A stretch of DNA of 63,096 bases from an uncultured Dehalococcoidales bacterium. GTDB taxonomy: Bacteria > Chloroflexota > Dehalococcoidia > GIF9 > AB-539-J10. Under the pieces are notes generated by a model. It worked only from the letters and a program-made list of their open reading frames with translations, was not told the DNA's origin and searched no databases. Shown one piece after another: positions 20,097-35,733 of this stretch (its first letter is position 1; every line of letters begins with the position of its first letter). The stretch spans positions 1 to 63,096 of the forward strand of contig CAZDXE010000002.1 in assembly GCA_964509565.1 (NCBI GenBank). The letters are read 5' to 3'. The position numbers and the translations under genes were made by a program.

Positions 20097-20729
20097 TTAA
20101 TTACTCCTTAACCCCCAAATTCTCTCTATATTATATAGGGCCGGGACAGAGATGACTAACACTTTGTAAGAAAGTAGATCCAGTACGTTAACCAGAGACG
20201 AAGGTAGAGTTTTAACATTAGCTAAATTGCGAGCTGACTTAATCATATTAGGATTGGAATGTTCGCTAACAATCAGGGCAGTAGAATCAACACCAAATGC
20301 CGCTAGAATATCAACTATGCCCTTCGTTCTCGGTTTCTCAAAGGCGAATTCTTCTATCGCCTTCAGGTTTTCCTCTCTAATTTTAGAGGAAAGGACACAT
20401 TTTAAAGCTAAACGCCTCATCCTCCTGGGCATAGCTTGACGATATGAACGTGGGTTGGGTCCAAAAGCTACTCCACCTCCCCTGAGAAGTGGTGACTTAA
20501 TATCGCCCCGCCTTGCCCTTCCAGTATGCTTCTGAGCATAAAGCTTCCTCGTGCTACCTCTAACCTCACCCCTCGACTTAGTAGACGCAGCTCCTTGACG
20601 CCTGTTAGCCATCTGCATCACCATTGCCTGATGGACCACGGCCTCATTAAAAGGAACCCCAAAGACTTCCTCGCTAAGCTCTACTTGGTTAACAACTTCA
20701 CCTGTTGAGTTATAAACGGGAATTTGCAC
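20097..20729 (-). CDS. rplD: 50S ribosomal protein L4
   Basis: 210 aa. RQGAASTKSRGEVRGSTRKLYAQKHTGRAR...GGGVAFGP. Confidence 0.97.
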   Translation of the reverse strand: MQIPVYNSTGEVVNQVELSEEVFGVPFNEAVVHQAMVMQMANRRQGAASTKSRGEVRGSTRKLYAQKHTGRARRGDIKSPLLRGGGVAFGPNPRSYRQAMPRRMRRLALKCVLSSKIREENLKAIEEFAFEKPRTKGIVDILAAFGVDSTALIVSEHSNPNMIKSARNLANVKTLPSSLVNVLDLLSYKVLVISVPALYNIERIWGLRSN

Positions 20730-20732
20730 TCT

Positions 20733-21350
20733 CTACTTCCTCACCTTTTTAATAATTAGTAACCCATTTCTGGCCCCTGGCGCAGACCCTTCAACCAGCA
20801 ACAAACCACGATCCGCATCAACCTTAACTACCCTGATGTTGCGCACAGTGACTTTCTTACCTCCCATGCGCCCTGGCATACGCTTCCCCTTCAACACCCG
20901 GCCCGGAGATGTAGTGGCACCAATTGAGCCAGGAGCACGGTGACGATCGGTTTGCCCGTGGGTTTTTGGCCCACCGGCAAAATGATAGCGTTTTACTACC
21001 CCTGCAAAACCCCTGCCCTTGGATAAGCCACTTACACTCACAAAATCACCTGAATTCAAAAAACCCACATCCACCTTATCACCACGCTTAACTGAGCTTA
21101 CATCTACATCTCTGAATTCGTGTAGATGCCTAACCTCACTTATATCCTTAAGGTGTCCTTTCTGTGAAGCATTGAGACGCTTAGCTCGCCCAAAGCCCAG
21201 CTGGACAGCTTCATAACCATCTTTGCCCAGGTCCTTTATCTGGGTAACGAAACAAGGACCTGCCTCAATAGCAGTTATCCCTACCATTTCCCCATTTTCC
21301 AGGATAATCCTGGTCATACCTATCTTCTTGCCAATAATAGCTGTCAACAT
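20733..21350 (-). CDS. rplC: 50S ribosomal protein L3
   Basis: 205 aa. GKKIGMTRI...[33 protein letters not shown]. Confidence 0.97.
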   Translation of the reverse strand: [205 protein letters not shown]

Positions 21351-21357
21351 AGATTCG

Positions 21358-21666
21358 TTATAACCTGATATCTATTTCCACTCCAGAAGCCAAATTAATC
21401 TGGGTCAAAGCGTCTATAGTTTTAGAAGTTGGTTGCAAAATATCAATAAGCCGCTTATGAGTGCGAATTTCAAATTGCTCTCTCGAATCCTTATCAATAT
21501 TCGGAGAGCGGATGACACAAAATTTTTCTATATGCGTAGGCAGAGGTACCGGACCAGCAATTGTAGCTCCAGTACGTTCCACCGCTTCTATTATTTGCAT
21601 TGTCGCTTGGTCAACTAACCTGTGATCGAAACCTTTAATTTTGACACGAACTTTCTGAGTGCTCAT
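21358..21666 (-). CDS. rpsJ: 30S ribosomal protein S10
   Basis: 102 aa. [14 protein letters not shown]...GPVPLPT...[24 protein letters not shown]. Confidence 0.97.
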   Translation of the reverse strand: MSTQKVRVKIKGFDHRLVDQATMQIIEAVERTGATIAGPVPLPTHIEKFCVIRSPNIDKDSREQFEIRTHKRLIDILQPTSKTIDALTQINLASGVEIDIRL

Positions 21667-23745
21667 TTATTTCACCCTGGTGCTAGCCATAATCTGCTCG
21701 CTTAAATCAGCAGGTATCTTTTCATAACGATAAAACGCCATAGTGTAAGTTACTCTACCCTGACTGAGTGACCTCAAATCACCAACGAAACCAAAAGTTT
21801 TTGCTAAAGGAACAAAGCAACGAACAACACTGGAATCTTTGTAAGATTCAACCACCTCAATACGAGCCCTTCGCGAATTCAAATCACCAATAATGTCTCC
21901 CAAAAATTGAGCTGGCACCATTATTTCCGCTTTCATAATTGGCTCCAGGATAACAGGCTTAGCCCTGGTTACAGCCTTCTTTGCAGCCATTGAGCCTGCT
22001 ATTTTAAAAGCCAGGGCTGAAGAGTCAACATCGTGGAAACTGCCATCATACAAAGCCGCCTTAATATCCACCACAGGATAACCAGCCAGCCGTCCGCTTT
22101 GCAAAGCCTCTTTAATTCCAGTTTCCACGGACGGAATAAATTCCTTCGGCACGACGCCATTGCGAGTTTGGTCGCAAAACTCGAAACCGCTGCCTCGTTC
22201 TCCAGGTTCGAGCTTAATCCAGACATGTCCATACTGCCCTTTGCCACCCGACTGGCGAACAAATTTCCCCTCAGCTTCTACGGGTACAGTGATTGTCTCT
22301 TTATAAGCTACTTGAGGCTCGCCAGTTTTTACTTTTACCCCGAATTCGTGAGATATACGCTCTATCACCACTTCAAGGTGCAGTTCACCCATCCCTGAGA
22401 TAAGCATCTGACCTGTCTCCGTGTCGCTATGAACTTTAAAGGTAGGATCCTCCTCAGCAAGCTTAGCTAAAGCACTACCCAACTTCTCCTGATCAATTTT
22501 ACTTTTAGGTTCTATAGCCATTGAAAGTACGGTATCAGAAAAATGTATCACCTCAAAAAGCATTGGGCTAGCAGCATTACAAAGAGTATCCCCTGTCGAC
22601 GTCTTCCTGAGCCCCACAGTAGCCACAATACTACCCGCTTCAGCCTCCCCAATCTCCTCACGATGATTAGCATGCATAAGATATAGCCTGCCCAAATGCT
22701 CTTTTACCCCTTTTGTAGCATTAAAAACTTGCGCTCCAGTTTTCACATTACCCGAATATACACGCAGGTAGATTAATCTACCCATAAACGGGTCAGAAAC
22801 AACCTTAAAAGCTAAAGCTGAAAGAAGATTTTCGTCGTCTGCTCGGCAAAAAATTTCCTTCCCGTCTCTAGAATTGATAGCGCAAACAGGAGGAACATCC
22901 AAAGGTGAAGGAAGATAATCTACAATAGCATCAAGTAACGGCCTGATTCCCTTACCCCTTAGCGCACTACCACAAAGAACAGGCACTATACGGTTAGCTG
23001 CGGTCAATCTTCTTATAGCTGTTTTAAGCTGAGAAATAGAGATTTCCTCACCCTCAAGATAGTTAAGCATGATCTGGTCATCATCCTCAGCTAATTTCTC
23101 AATAAGCGCTCGACGATAGCTAGCCACAGTATCCTTATCACTTTCCGGTATAGCGCCTTCTATCGGCATTAGCTGGGGGTCATCTGCGAAATTAACTACC
23201 TTATTCTCCACGAGATCAATAATTCCCTTGAATGAGCTCTCAGCACCTAATGGAATTTGCACCGGCAAGACCCTGGCTCGCAACCGTTCCTCAATCATGG
23301 ATACTGTGCCATGAAAATCGGCACCAGTTCTATCCATCTTATTAATAAAGCAAATCCTGGCCACATTATACTTATCTGCTTGACGCCACACAGCCTCCGA
23401 TTGAGCTTCCACTCCAGCCACAGCATCAAGCACTACAACACCACCATCTAATACCCGCAGGCTGCGTTCTACCTCAGCAGCGAAATCCACATGTCCAGGC
23501 GTATCAATAATATTGATGCGATGCCCCTCCCAGTAACAAGTAGTAGCTGCCGCCGTGATGGTAATACCACGCTCTCGCTCCTGCTGCATCCAATCCATCA
23601 CGGTAGTTCCCACATCTACCTCACCAATTTTATAAGTACGACCTGTGTGGTAAAGAATCCTCTCAGTAGTCGTGGTTTTCCCAGCGTCTATGTGAGCAAT
23701 AATTCCTATATTTCGTATATTTTCTAAAGGGAAAGTCCGTGACAT
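21667..23745 (-). CDS. fusA: Elongation factor G
   Basis: 692 aa from ATG 23745: [25 protein letters not shown]..., [12 protein letters not shown]. The track start at 23784 adds 13 residues. The stop abuts the rpsJ start. Confidence 0.96.
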   Translation of the reverse strand: MSRTFPLENIRNIGIIAHIDAGKTTTTERILYHTGRTYKIGEVDVGTTVMDWMQQERERGITITAAATTCYWEGHRINIIDTPGHVDFAAEVERSLRVLDGGVVVLDAVAGVEAQSEAVWRQADKYNVARICFINKMDRTGADFHGTVSMIEERLRARVLPVQIPLGAESSFKGIIDLVENKVVNFADDPQLMPIEGAIPESDKDTVASYRRALIEKLAEDDDQIMLNYLEGEEISISQLKTAIRRLTAANRIVPVLCGSALRGKGIRPLLDAIVDYLPSPLDVPPVCAINSRDGKEIFCRADDENLLSALAFKVVSDPFMGRLIYLRVYSGNVKTGAQVFNATKGVKEHLGRLYLMHANHREEIGEAEAGSIVATVGLRKTSTGDTLCNAASPMLFEVIHFSDTVLSMAIEPKSKIDQEKLGSALAKLAEEDPTFKVHSDTETGQMLISGMGELHLEVVIERISHEFGVKVKTGEPQVAYKETITVPVEAEGKFVRQSGGKGQYGHVWIKLEPGERGSGFEFCDQTRNGVVPKEFIPSVETGIKEALQSGRLAGYPVVDIKAALYDGSFHDVDSSALAFKIAGSMAAKKAVTRAKPVILEPIMKAEIMVPAQFLGDIIGDLNSRRARIEVVESYKDSSVVRCFVPLAKTFGFVGDLRSLSQGRVTYTMAFYRYEKIPADLSEQIMASTRVK

Positions 23746-23790
23746 AAGCTTACTCTTTACCTCAACCATTGTTTTAACTGTCATTCTCCC

Positions 23791-24264
23791 TCACCAACGA
23801 TAATGGGCAAAGGCTCTATTAGCCTCAGCCATCCTGTGAACATTATCACGCCTTTTGATCGTCGCCCCCTGCCCCTGAATTATATCTACCAGCTCGAGGG
23901 CCAATTTCTCCGCCATAGACTTCCCACTGCGCGCCCTCGCTGATACAATAATCCAGCGCATTGCTAAAGTACGCCCGCGCTCTTTCTCTACTTCTACAGG
24001 GATTTGGTAGGTAGCACCCCCAACACGACGCGGCTTCACCATGAGAAGCGGTGTGGCATCACTAATTGCTTGTTCTAAAGTTTTCACAGGATCATTATTA
24101 AGCTGCTGGCCAGCAATTTGCATTGCGGTGTAGATAATACGCTCAGCCGTAGCTTTTTGCCCTCTTAACATAACCTTATTAATAAATTTGGCTACAATGA
24201 CATTGCCATATCTAGCATCCGGAGGCATTACCCTCTTTGTTACTCTCTTAGCTCTTCTCGGCAT
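23791..24264 (-). CDS. rpsG: 30S ribosomal protein S7
   Basis: 157 aa. MPRRAKRVTKRVMPPD...MVKPRRVGGATYQIPVEV...AFAHYRW. Confidence 0.98.
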   Translation of the reverse strand: MPRRAKRVTKRVMPPDARYGNVIVAKFINKVMLRGQKATAERIIYTAMQIAGQQLNNDPVKTLEQAISDATPLLMVKPRRVGGATYQIPVEVEKERGRTLAMRWIIVSARARSGKSMAEKLALELVDIIQGQGATIKRRDNVHRMAEANRAFAHYRW

Positions 24265-24276
24265 TCAACACCTTCA

Positions 24277-24693
24277 TCATTTTTTGGGTTGTTTAGCACC
24301 ATATTTACTACGGCCCCTCTTTCGGCCAACCACCCCTTCAGTATCCAGTGTGCCACGAATAATATGGTAGCGGATCCCAGGAACATCCTTGACCCTGCCA
24401 CCACGAATCAAAGCCACCGAGTGCTCCTGCAAATTATGTCCTTCACCAGGGATGTAAGCATTCACCTCCAACCCATTAGTTAACCTAACACGAGCAACTT
24501 TGCGCAACGCTGAGTTCGGTTTCTTGGGAGTGACAGTCTTAACCTGAATGCAAACACCCCGCATCTGCGGTGATCCCTCAGTCCATTTCGTCTTACCTTT
24601 CACTGCATTATAAGCAAAATGCAGTGCAGGAGCTTTAGTTCGCTTGGAAAATTTTCGTCGCCCCTTGCGAACAAGTTGATTAACTGTTGGCAT
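24277..24693 (-). CDS. rpsL: 30S ribosomal protein S12
   Basis: 138 aa. [12 protein letters not shown]...[19 protein letters not shown]...[13 protein letters not shown]. Confidence 0.98.
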   Translation of the reverse strand: MPTVNQLVRKGRRKFSKRTKAPALHFAYNAVKGKTKWTEGSPQMRGVCIQVKTVTPKKPNSALRKVARVRLTNGLEVNAYIPGEGHNLQEHSVALIRGGRVKDVPGIRYHIIRGTLDTEGVVGRKRGRSKYGAKQPKK

Positions 24694-24903
24694 TTCCGTA
24701 ATCTCCTATATTTCTGGACAATCAAAAAACCGCCTAGTTATACACCGGTCTACTTTCTCTAAGATTAGAACCACGCTCGGCCCAAACTAGCCAGTTCTGT
24801 AATCCCTATATTTCAGTAGGTAGACAGCAAGTTTGCAGACTAACACAAGCAGGTAGAAAAGTCAAACAAATGTTGTGCGGTATGTTTTGTGAAGGGGCAG
24901 GAA

Positions 24904-26046
24904 TCACTGGACTTCACCTAGTTTCGTATTGTGGCGTATGTATTTGTAAATTTCAACGATAGTAGCCGCCAAAGGGACAGCTAATATTATCCCCCAGAAA
25001 CCAGCGATATACGCTCCCAAGACAAGTAACACAAGGGCAATAGCAGGATGTATCCGCAGGTAGCTACCCTGAATTCTAGGAACAAGTAGATTATTTTCCA
25101 ATAACTGCACGGCCAAAAAGAGGATAGCTACCCAAATAGCTTTTCCCGGCGCCGTAGCTAAGGTAACTATCACAGCAGTAGCACCAGCAATCCATGGCCC
25201 TAATATCGGGATAAACTCGGCTATTCCAGCAATAATAGCTAGCGTCGTGGCGAATTGTACCCTTAGAGCAAATAACCCCACAAAACAGAGGTAAGCCACA
25301 ATGCCTGCGAGCACCAACTGGGCACGAACATATCGTCCCAGTACTCCTCCAAGAATTGCAGCGATATGCTTAATATGCTCAGCAGCCCATTGCGGGAGAA
25401 CCGAGTAAAAACTCTTGCTTAACTTTTCTGAATCCTTTAAGAGAAAGAACAGAAAAACAGGCAGGACAACAAGACTAAGAGCCGAGCCAAAAGTGTTCGG
25501 TATAGATGAGACCCGATTGAGAAAAGCATCTTTTATGGCATTACCAACTGTTACCCCTGTATCTACAATAAATTCATCTATATACTGCTGCACCTCTGGA
25601 GGAAATGCGTGGCGAAAACTTTCAAGCCATCCCTGGAGTACAAATAGGCTCCTAGAAATATAGTATGGTGCATTGTATAAAAGAACAGAAAGGGCAGCAA
25701 TAACCGTGGTGGCAAGATAATAGAAGAAAAAGCCAATCAACCCAAAAAGCATTACAAGGAATAATATTATTAAGGAGATTCGTTTAGCCTGCCTCCACTT
25801 GCCAGGACGAACCACTTTCTTCTCCGTCCATGAAAGGAGCGGCAGAAAAAGGTAAGCGAGCCCTAATCCCAGGACAAAGGGAAATAAGGCATTCCACCAG
25901 GCACAGAGCAGGCAAAGAACTACAATTACGGCTGCCACAAAGGATATGGAGCGCCAGTATCTTCTGAGCACACTACTATCTATACCCAAGATAAACCTCC
26001 ATCGTCCCAGGGGATATGGCACAGAATATCCGGCTTGCATACACAA
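24904..26046 (-). CDS. AI-2E family (PerM/YhhT-like) membrane transporter
   Basis: 380 aa, about 8 TM helices. The C-terminal conserved block IPILGPWIAG...LENNLLVPRI...HP is typical of AI-2E/UPF0118. Start uncertain. Confidence 0.75.
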   Translation of the reverse strand: MCMQAGYSVPYPLGRWRFILGIDSSVLRRYWRSISFVAAVIVVLCLLCAWWNALFPFVLGLGLAYLFLPLLSWTEKKVVRPGKWRQAKRISLIILFLVMLFGLIGFFFYYLATTVIAALSVLLYNAPYYISRSLFVLQGWLESFRHAFPPEVQQYIDEFIVDTGVTVGNAIKDAFLNRVSSIPNTFGSALSLVVLPVFLFFLLKDSEKLSKSFYSVLPQWAAEHIKHIAAILGGVLGRYVRAQLVLAGIVAYLCFVGLFALRVQFATTLAIIAGIAEFIPILGPWIAGATAVIVTLATAPGKAIWVAILFLAVQLLENNLLVPRIQGSYLRIHPAIALVLLVLGAYIAGFWGIILAVPLAATIVEIYKYIRHNTKLGEVQ

Positions 26047-26193
26047 GCATTATAACCACCATCTAGCTTGTTCGGATGCCATATAGCCAATCTGAATCGC
26101 TTCCCTGAAACCCCTTAGTTTAGAGTACAGGATAAACCAATCTTCGAGGGTTACTTGAATAAGTTATCGTACCTACCCACTACAGCTGGAGTT

Positions 26194-26442
26194 TCATTTT
26201 TTCGCTTGCTCTTCAGCTTTCTCCGCCTTCGCTTCTACCTTTTTCATCATTTCGGCAGCGGATTTCTCTACTTTCCCAGCGATTTCGGCCGTTTGTTCTC
26301 TAACCCTCTTTACCTCTTCACCAAATCTCTGCCTTGTTTCTTCTCCTGTTTGTGGAGCATAGAGAAACCCGATAGCGAGGCCCACCAGTACTCCCATAAC
26401 AAATCCAGTAACAAATCCAGAAGATACATTCTTGTCAGCCAT
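26194..26442 (-). CDS. YtxH-domain protein
   Basis: 82 aa from ATG 26442 (GGGAGGGAG RBS). N-terminal helix GFVMGVLVGLAIGFLYAPQTGEETR followed by a charged coiled tail, the typical YtxH layout. Confidence 0.75.
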   Translation of the reverse strand: MADKNVSSGFVTGFVMGVLVGLAIGFLYAPQTGEETRQRFGEEVKRVREQTAEIAGKVEKSAAEMMKKVEAKAEKAEEQAKK

Positions 26443-26452
26443 GTCTCCCTCC

Positions 26453-26722
26453 CTATTTCTTTCTAAAAAACTTGCTAATCGCATTAAACCCTCGAAGAGC
26501 GCCCTGAACAAAGATTGCCAACCCGATCACAGGTTTAATTACCTGATCCCTCACAGTGGAAGTAACTTCTTGAATATTTTTTGAAGTAGTTTCAAAAGAA
26601 TCTAGCGCAGCTTTAACCCTGCGATAAAACAAACACACCAATACAGCAACGAAAATAGACACTATTACCGTCACGGCTCCTGAGATACAAATAATCAAAT
26701 CTCTGAACCAGACAACATCCAT
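26453..26722 (-). CDS. Small membrane-anchored protein, DUF948-like
   Basis: 89 aa from ATG 26722, preceded by AAGGAGGTG. One N-terminal TM helix plus a helical tail. Adjacent to a YtxH gene, as is common for DUF948/YtxH pairs. Confidence 0.6.
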   Translation of the reverse strand: MDVVWFRDLIICISGAVTVIVSIFVAVLVCLFYRRVKAALDSFETTSKNIQEVTSTVRDQVIKPVIGLAIFVQGALRGFNAISKFFRKK

Positions 26723-26851
26723 TAGAACCACCTCCTTTTCTACAAGCAATTTACATAATTGTATAACTATGTAATTATATCACCTCTAAGCATTACAACA
26801 AAAAACATAAAATTTCTGGGCCGAACGCCCAGAACAAGAAGGAGGATACAC

Positions 26852-27694
26852 ATGGCTGTTAAAATAGTAACTGATAGTACATCTGATATTCACAGTGATG
26901 TAGCACAGGCACTGGGAATTACAGTGGTGCCCCTGTACATCCATTTTGACAATGGAATATATCAAGATGGCGTTGATATCAAGACCGCCGAATTTTATCA
27001 CAAGTTAGTAACAGAGCCTAACCTTCCCAAAACTTCAGCACCGTCTTCTGGGATGTTCACAGAAACCTACGAAAAACTCTCTGCTGAAACCGATGAAATC
27101 ATCTCCATTCACATCTCTTCCAAGCTCAGTGCCACATACAACTCTGCCTTGCTGGGCAAAGAGGGAATGGACACACATTGCCACGTAGAAGTAATTAATT
27201 CCTTCTCAGCAACCATCGGCTTGGGGCTTATAGTTATAACCGCTGCCAAAGCAGCACTTGCTGGGGCAAACCTGGATGAAATCACAGCTATAGTAACGCA
27301 GACCATTCCCAAAACACACTGCTTCGGCATGGTAGATACTCTGGAATATCTGCACAAGGGAGGACGCATAGGCAAGGCACAGGCGCTCTTAGGCTCAATG
27401 CTCAATGTCAAACCTCTAATAAATGTACAAGATGGAGAGATATATCCACTAGAAAGGGTGCGTGGTCGCCCCAAGGCTCTAGCCAGATTATATGAATTGA
27501 CAAGCAACTTTCACCACATCAAAGAGATGGCCGTAGCTCACGCCACCACCCCTGATGAGATGGAGGTATTGGCTGAACGCATAGCTCCATTATTTCCTCA
27601 AGGGCAGATATATAAATCAACGTGCGGAGCAACTATAGGGACTTACCTGGGACCGGGTTGCCTAGTCATAGCTGCTATTGAAGAGGAATCCTGA
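26852..27694 (+). CDS. DegV family fatty-acid-binding protein
   Basis: 280 aa from ATG 26852 (AAGGAGGA RBS). IVTDSTSDI, TSAPS, and LEYLHKGGRIG motifs. Confidence 0.9.
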   Translation: MAVKIVTDSTSDIHSDVAQALGITVVPLYIHFDNGIYQDGVDIKTAEFYHKLVTEPNLPKTSAPSSGMFTETYEKLSAETDEIISIHISSKLSATYNSALLGKEGMDTHCHVEVINSFSATIGLGLIVITAAKAALAGANLDEITAIVTQTIPKTHCFGMVDTLEYLHKGGRIGKAQALLGSMLNVKPLINVQDGEIYPLERVRGRPKALARLYELTSNFHHIKEMAVAHATTPDEMEVLAERIAPLFPQGQIYKSTCGATIGTYLGPGCLVIAAIEEES

Positions 27695-27761
27695 CGCAAA
27701 AACTAGCATTGTCCTCCGAGTAAACCAGAAGAGCTATCTACGTTCTAGGGCAAGGTAAACC

Positions 27762-28133
27762 TCAAGACAATTTCCTGGCATGAAGCACCCATAACGCCCC
27801 TGCCACCAACATTGGCAGTGGGTAAACGAGGAATGTCCATAGAAGATTCATCGGATTAGCTATAAGGCTGATGGTAAAGAGTATCCCGGTGACAATGCCG
27901 CCTACAATCAGCCACCAACCACCTATCCGCTGGTGATGCCAAGCTACAGCAGTAGCCGCAATCATTGAGATGGGACCAAATAGCAGGAGAACGCAATCCT
28001 CGAGACCAGGAATACCTCCAAAGTCTCCGCTGATGCCCTCACCAATGGCAAAAGTCAGAAACAGAATCCCAAAAGCAACACCTATTCCCAGTGCAGTGTA
28101 ACGCATCCAATACATAATATTCCTTGTACTCAA
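27762..28133 (-). CDS. Hypothetical membrane protein (4 TM helices)
   Basis: 123 aa, hydrophobic throughout. I recognise no family. An extended -10 (TGcTATAAT) lies just upstream. Confidence 0.55.
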   Translation of the reverse strand: MSTRNIMYWMRYTALGIGVAFGILFLTFAIGEGISGDFGGIPGLEDCVLLLFGPISMIAATAVAWHHQRIGGWWLIVGGIVTGILFTISLIANPMNLLWTFLVYPLPMLVAGALWVLHARKLS

Positions 28134-28347
28134 GGCATTATAGCAAATCTGCCTGCTATCTCATAGCCATTTCTTCACTATAATGCCTGATATGAAGAAT
28201 TTGTACTACCGTGCCGTAATCCCGTTGATTCATTTGCTCACTTCCCCTACTATTTCCAACCAATTCTCTGACCTCAATAAAGTTTCATTCCAGCAACGCC
28301 TTTGGCTTTCGTTCATGCACCAGTCAAGCTGTTCATATAATAGCCCA

Positions 28348-28923
28348 TCATGGTTTCTGCGGCTGGCGCTGTGCTTGTATAGATACCACCTCGCTTCCCG
28401 ATTCGAATAGTTGTGATTTAATTTCATGCACCAGTCCCCAGGATTGTGCCTCCTCTGGGGTTAGAGTTACTCTTTCGATCATGGCATTCGTCACATCCTC
28501 TACATTTTTGCCTGTATTTGCTGCGATTACTTTTGCGATGTTCTCGATGTCAATTCTTAGTCCTTTCAACCTTTCCTCTAATTGCTTTTCTTCTAAGCTC
28601 TGATTGCCCTTAAATTGAACGTTAACGGCATGAAGCAAAAATCTCGCTTGCGGCACCGATAACCTTCTCGAGCCAGCACAATACAAGACGATGCCTATCG
28701 AATCGACGCTGCCAAAGTTGTGCGTAGTTATCCTGGCAGGCAATCCTTTGAGATAATTATATGTGCTCAAACCATGAATAACAGAGCCGCCAGGTGAGGA
28801 GATAAGAATAATAAAATCTCTCACTCCTTGCTTCATCTTCTGGTCGATAGCATTCATTAGAGCATTGGCCGTAACATCTATAACGGGAGCGAAGAACTTA
28901 ATCACGACTGGTTTCACACTCAT
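28348..28923 (-). CDS. ClpP-fold serine protease paralog
   Basis: 191 aa. ISSPGGSV, GSVDSIG (Ser nucleophile position) and FLLHAV (His position) align with the ClpP motifs SPGGSV/GQAASMG/IHQP. The Asp region is not conserved. Confidence 0.7.
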   Translation of the reverse strand: MSVKPVVIKFFAPVIDVTANALMNAIDQKMKQGVRDFIILISSPGGSVIHGLSTYNYLKGLPARITTHNFGSVDSIGIVLYCAGSRRLSVPQARFLLHAVNVQFKGNQSLEEKQLEERLKGLRIDIENIAKVIAANTGKNVEDVTNAMIERVTLTPEEAQSWGLVHEIKSQLFESGSEVVSIQAQRQPQKP

Positions 28924-28957
28924 GTTTGCACCTCCTTTAAAATAATGCTACTACCAA

Positions 28958-29446
28958 TTAACCCTTCGTGAACCTACCATCATCTCTTGATACTGATAGT
29001 TTATGCACGTTCTTCCCCAGCCATCCTATCCTTACTGCTTCCCTTATATCAAACTCAGGCACATGTGGTTTGATATCCAAAAGCGGAGTCCCATCCACTA
29101 TATCCACATCTTGAATATGGAGTATGTTATTTTCAATCTTGATAAGTTGCACTACGGAGATGCCAATTGGATTTGGCCTGCTCGGGCTCCTCGTTGCAAA
29201 GACTCCGCGCATTTCATTATCCATATACGGTTTTACTTTTAATGGCGCTCGCCTGGACAAATGGAAATGGTATATTAATATGATATGTGAAAAGCCCTCC
29301 ACATCTTTTAAGCCCTCAGCATATTCAGGGAATATTTCCACTGTTCCATTGATAGCTTTAGCACCTGCGGGCTGTATAGGTGTCCCTTCAGGTTCTTTGA
29401 AAGAAGAATGGACGACCCCGATTGGTTTATACATTATCTCATTCAC
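28958..29446 (-). CDS. tsaA: tRNA (t6A37-N6)-methyltransferase TrmO/TsaA-like (UPF0066 domain)
   Basis: 162 aa. YKPIGVVHSSFKE...GTPIQP...FSHIILIYHFH...RSPSRPNPIG...DGTPLLDIKP. Confidence 0.85.
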   Translation of the reverse strand: MNEIMYKPIGVVHSSFKEPEGTPIQPAGAKAINGTVEIFPEYAEGLKDVEGFSHIILIYHFHLSRRAPLKVKPYMDNEMRGVFATRSPSRPNPIGISVVQLIKIENNILHIQDVDIVDGTPLLDIKPHVPEFDIREAVRIGWLGKNVHKLSVSRDDGRFTKG

Positions 29447-29610
29447 AATTTTATTCTCTCAGACATACGGTTTTCTGTAATATTTACCGGGCTAAAACAA
29501 AAAGTTATTTCTGTGCACCCATTTTGATTATATCAAATGCCGTAAGTGTAAAAGTTAATATAACATAAAAGTGAAGCCAGGGGTTTTTGCTATGTTATAC
29601 TTGCAAATAG

Positions 29611-32132
<2,522 letters not shown>

Positions 32133-32215
32133 CTATAATATCTTTCCCAACAGGGGCAAAAGATGCCTCTTTAACTCGCAACGCTTATAATATATCATAA
32201 ACAAGGTATACTCCG

Positions 32216-32803
32216 ATGAAGTTAATTGTTGGCCTGGGCAATCCAGGTAGGGCTTATGCCCATAACCGCCATAATATTGGTTTCCGTTGCCTGAATTACT
32301 TTGCCGGAGCTCATTCAATTCCTTTTGAACGGCGGCAGTGTCAATCCAGAATAGGCTTTGGTAAAACAGGAGACGAGAGATTATTGCTCGCCAAACCAGG
32401 AACTTTCGTAAACGTCAGTGGCAATGCAGTAGCTTGCCTGGTGAACAAACACAATATCCCATTGAGCGAACTTTTGATAATTCATGATGATTTAGACTTG
32501 CCTCTGGGAAGGATTCGCCTGCGCCAAAATGGCAGTTCAGGAGGGCATAAGGGGGTAAAATCTATAATTTCCACTTTGAGAAGTGAGAGTTTTCCCCGAA
32601 TCAGGATAGGCATTGGACGGCCCGTACAGACTCAAGGACTACCAGAGGTTAATGAAGATACTGATATTATAGTCAATTATGTGCTCGGCGATTTTAGTTT
32701 CGAAGAGGAGAAGGTGATCAAATCAGCTATTGCCAAAGTGGCCGAGGCTATTGATTACTTTCTTACCCAGGGAATAGAAGCAGCGATGAGCAAGTTCAAT
32801 TAG
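32216..32803 (+). CDS. pth: Peptidyl-tRNA hydrolase
   Basis: 195 aa. LIVGLGNPGRAYAHNRHNIGF...HDDLDLPLGRIRLR..GSSGGHKG. Confidence 0.96.
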   Translation: MKLIVGLGNPGRAYAHNRHNIGFRCLNYFAGAHSIPFERRQCQSRIGFGKTGDERLLLAKPGTFVNVSGNAVACLVNKHNIPLSELLIIHDDLDLPLGRIRLRQNGSSGGHKGVKSIISTLRSESFPRIRIGIGRPVQTQGLPEVNEDTDIIVNYVLGDFSFEEEKVIKSAIAKVAEAIDYFLTQGIEAAMSKFN

Positions 32804-32851
32804 TGAGAAGATATTTTACTATAGAAGCGCTGACTGATAATATTACATTGT

Positions 32852-35645
<2,794 letters not shown>

Positions 35646-35733
35646 CTCCATTTTTTGTTATTGCGGGTCGAAGGCGAGGCAATTTACAATTTATGGTAAA
35701 ATATAACTCACATAAAATGGCAGGAGGCATAAA

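Noticed and set aside
28230-28427. 65-aa minus-strand ORF overlapping the 3' end of the ClpP-like gene, considered as a possible small toxin/antitoxin-like gene.
   Set aside because: It overlaps the ClpP paralog by 80 nt in another frame, has Trp/Arg-rich odd composition, and has no RBS.
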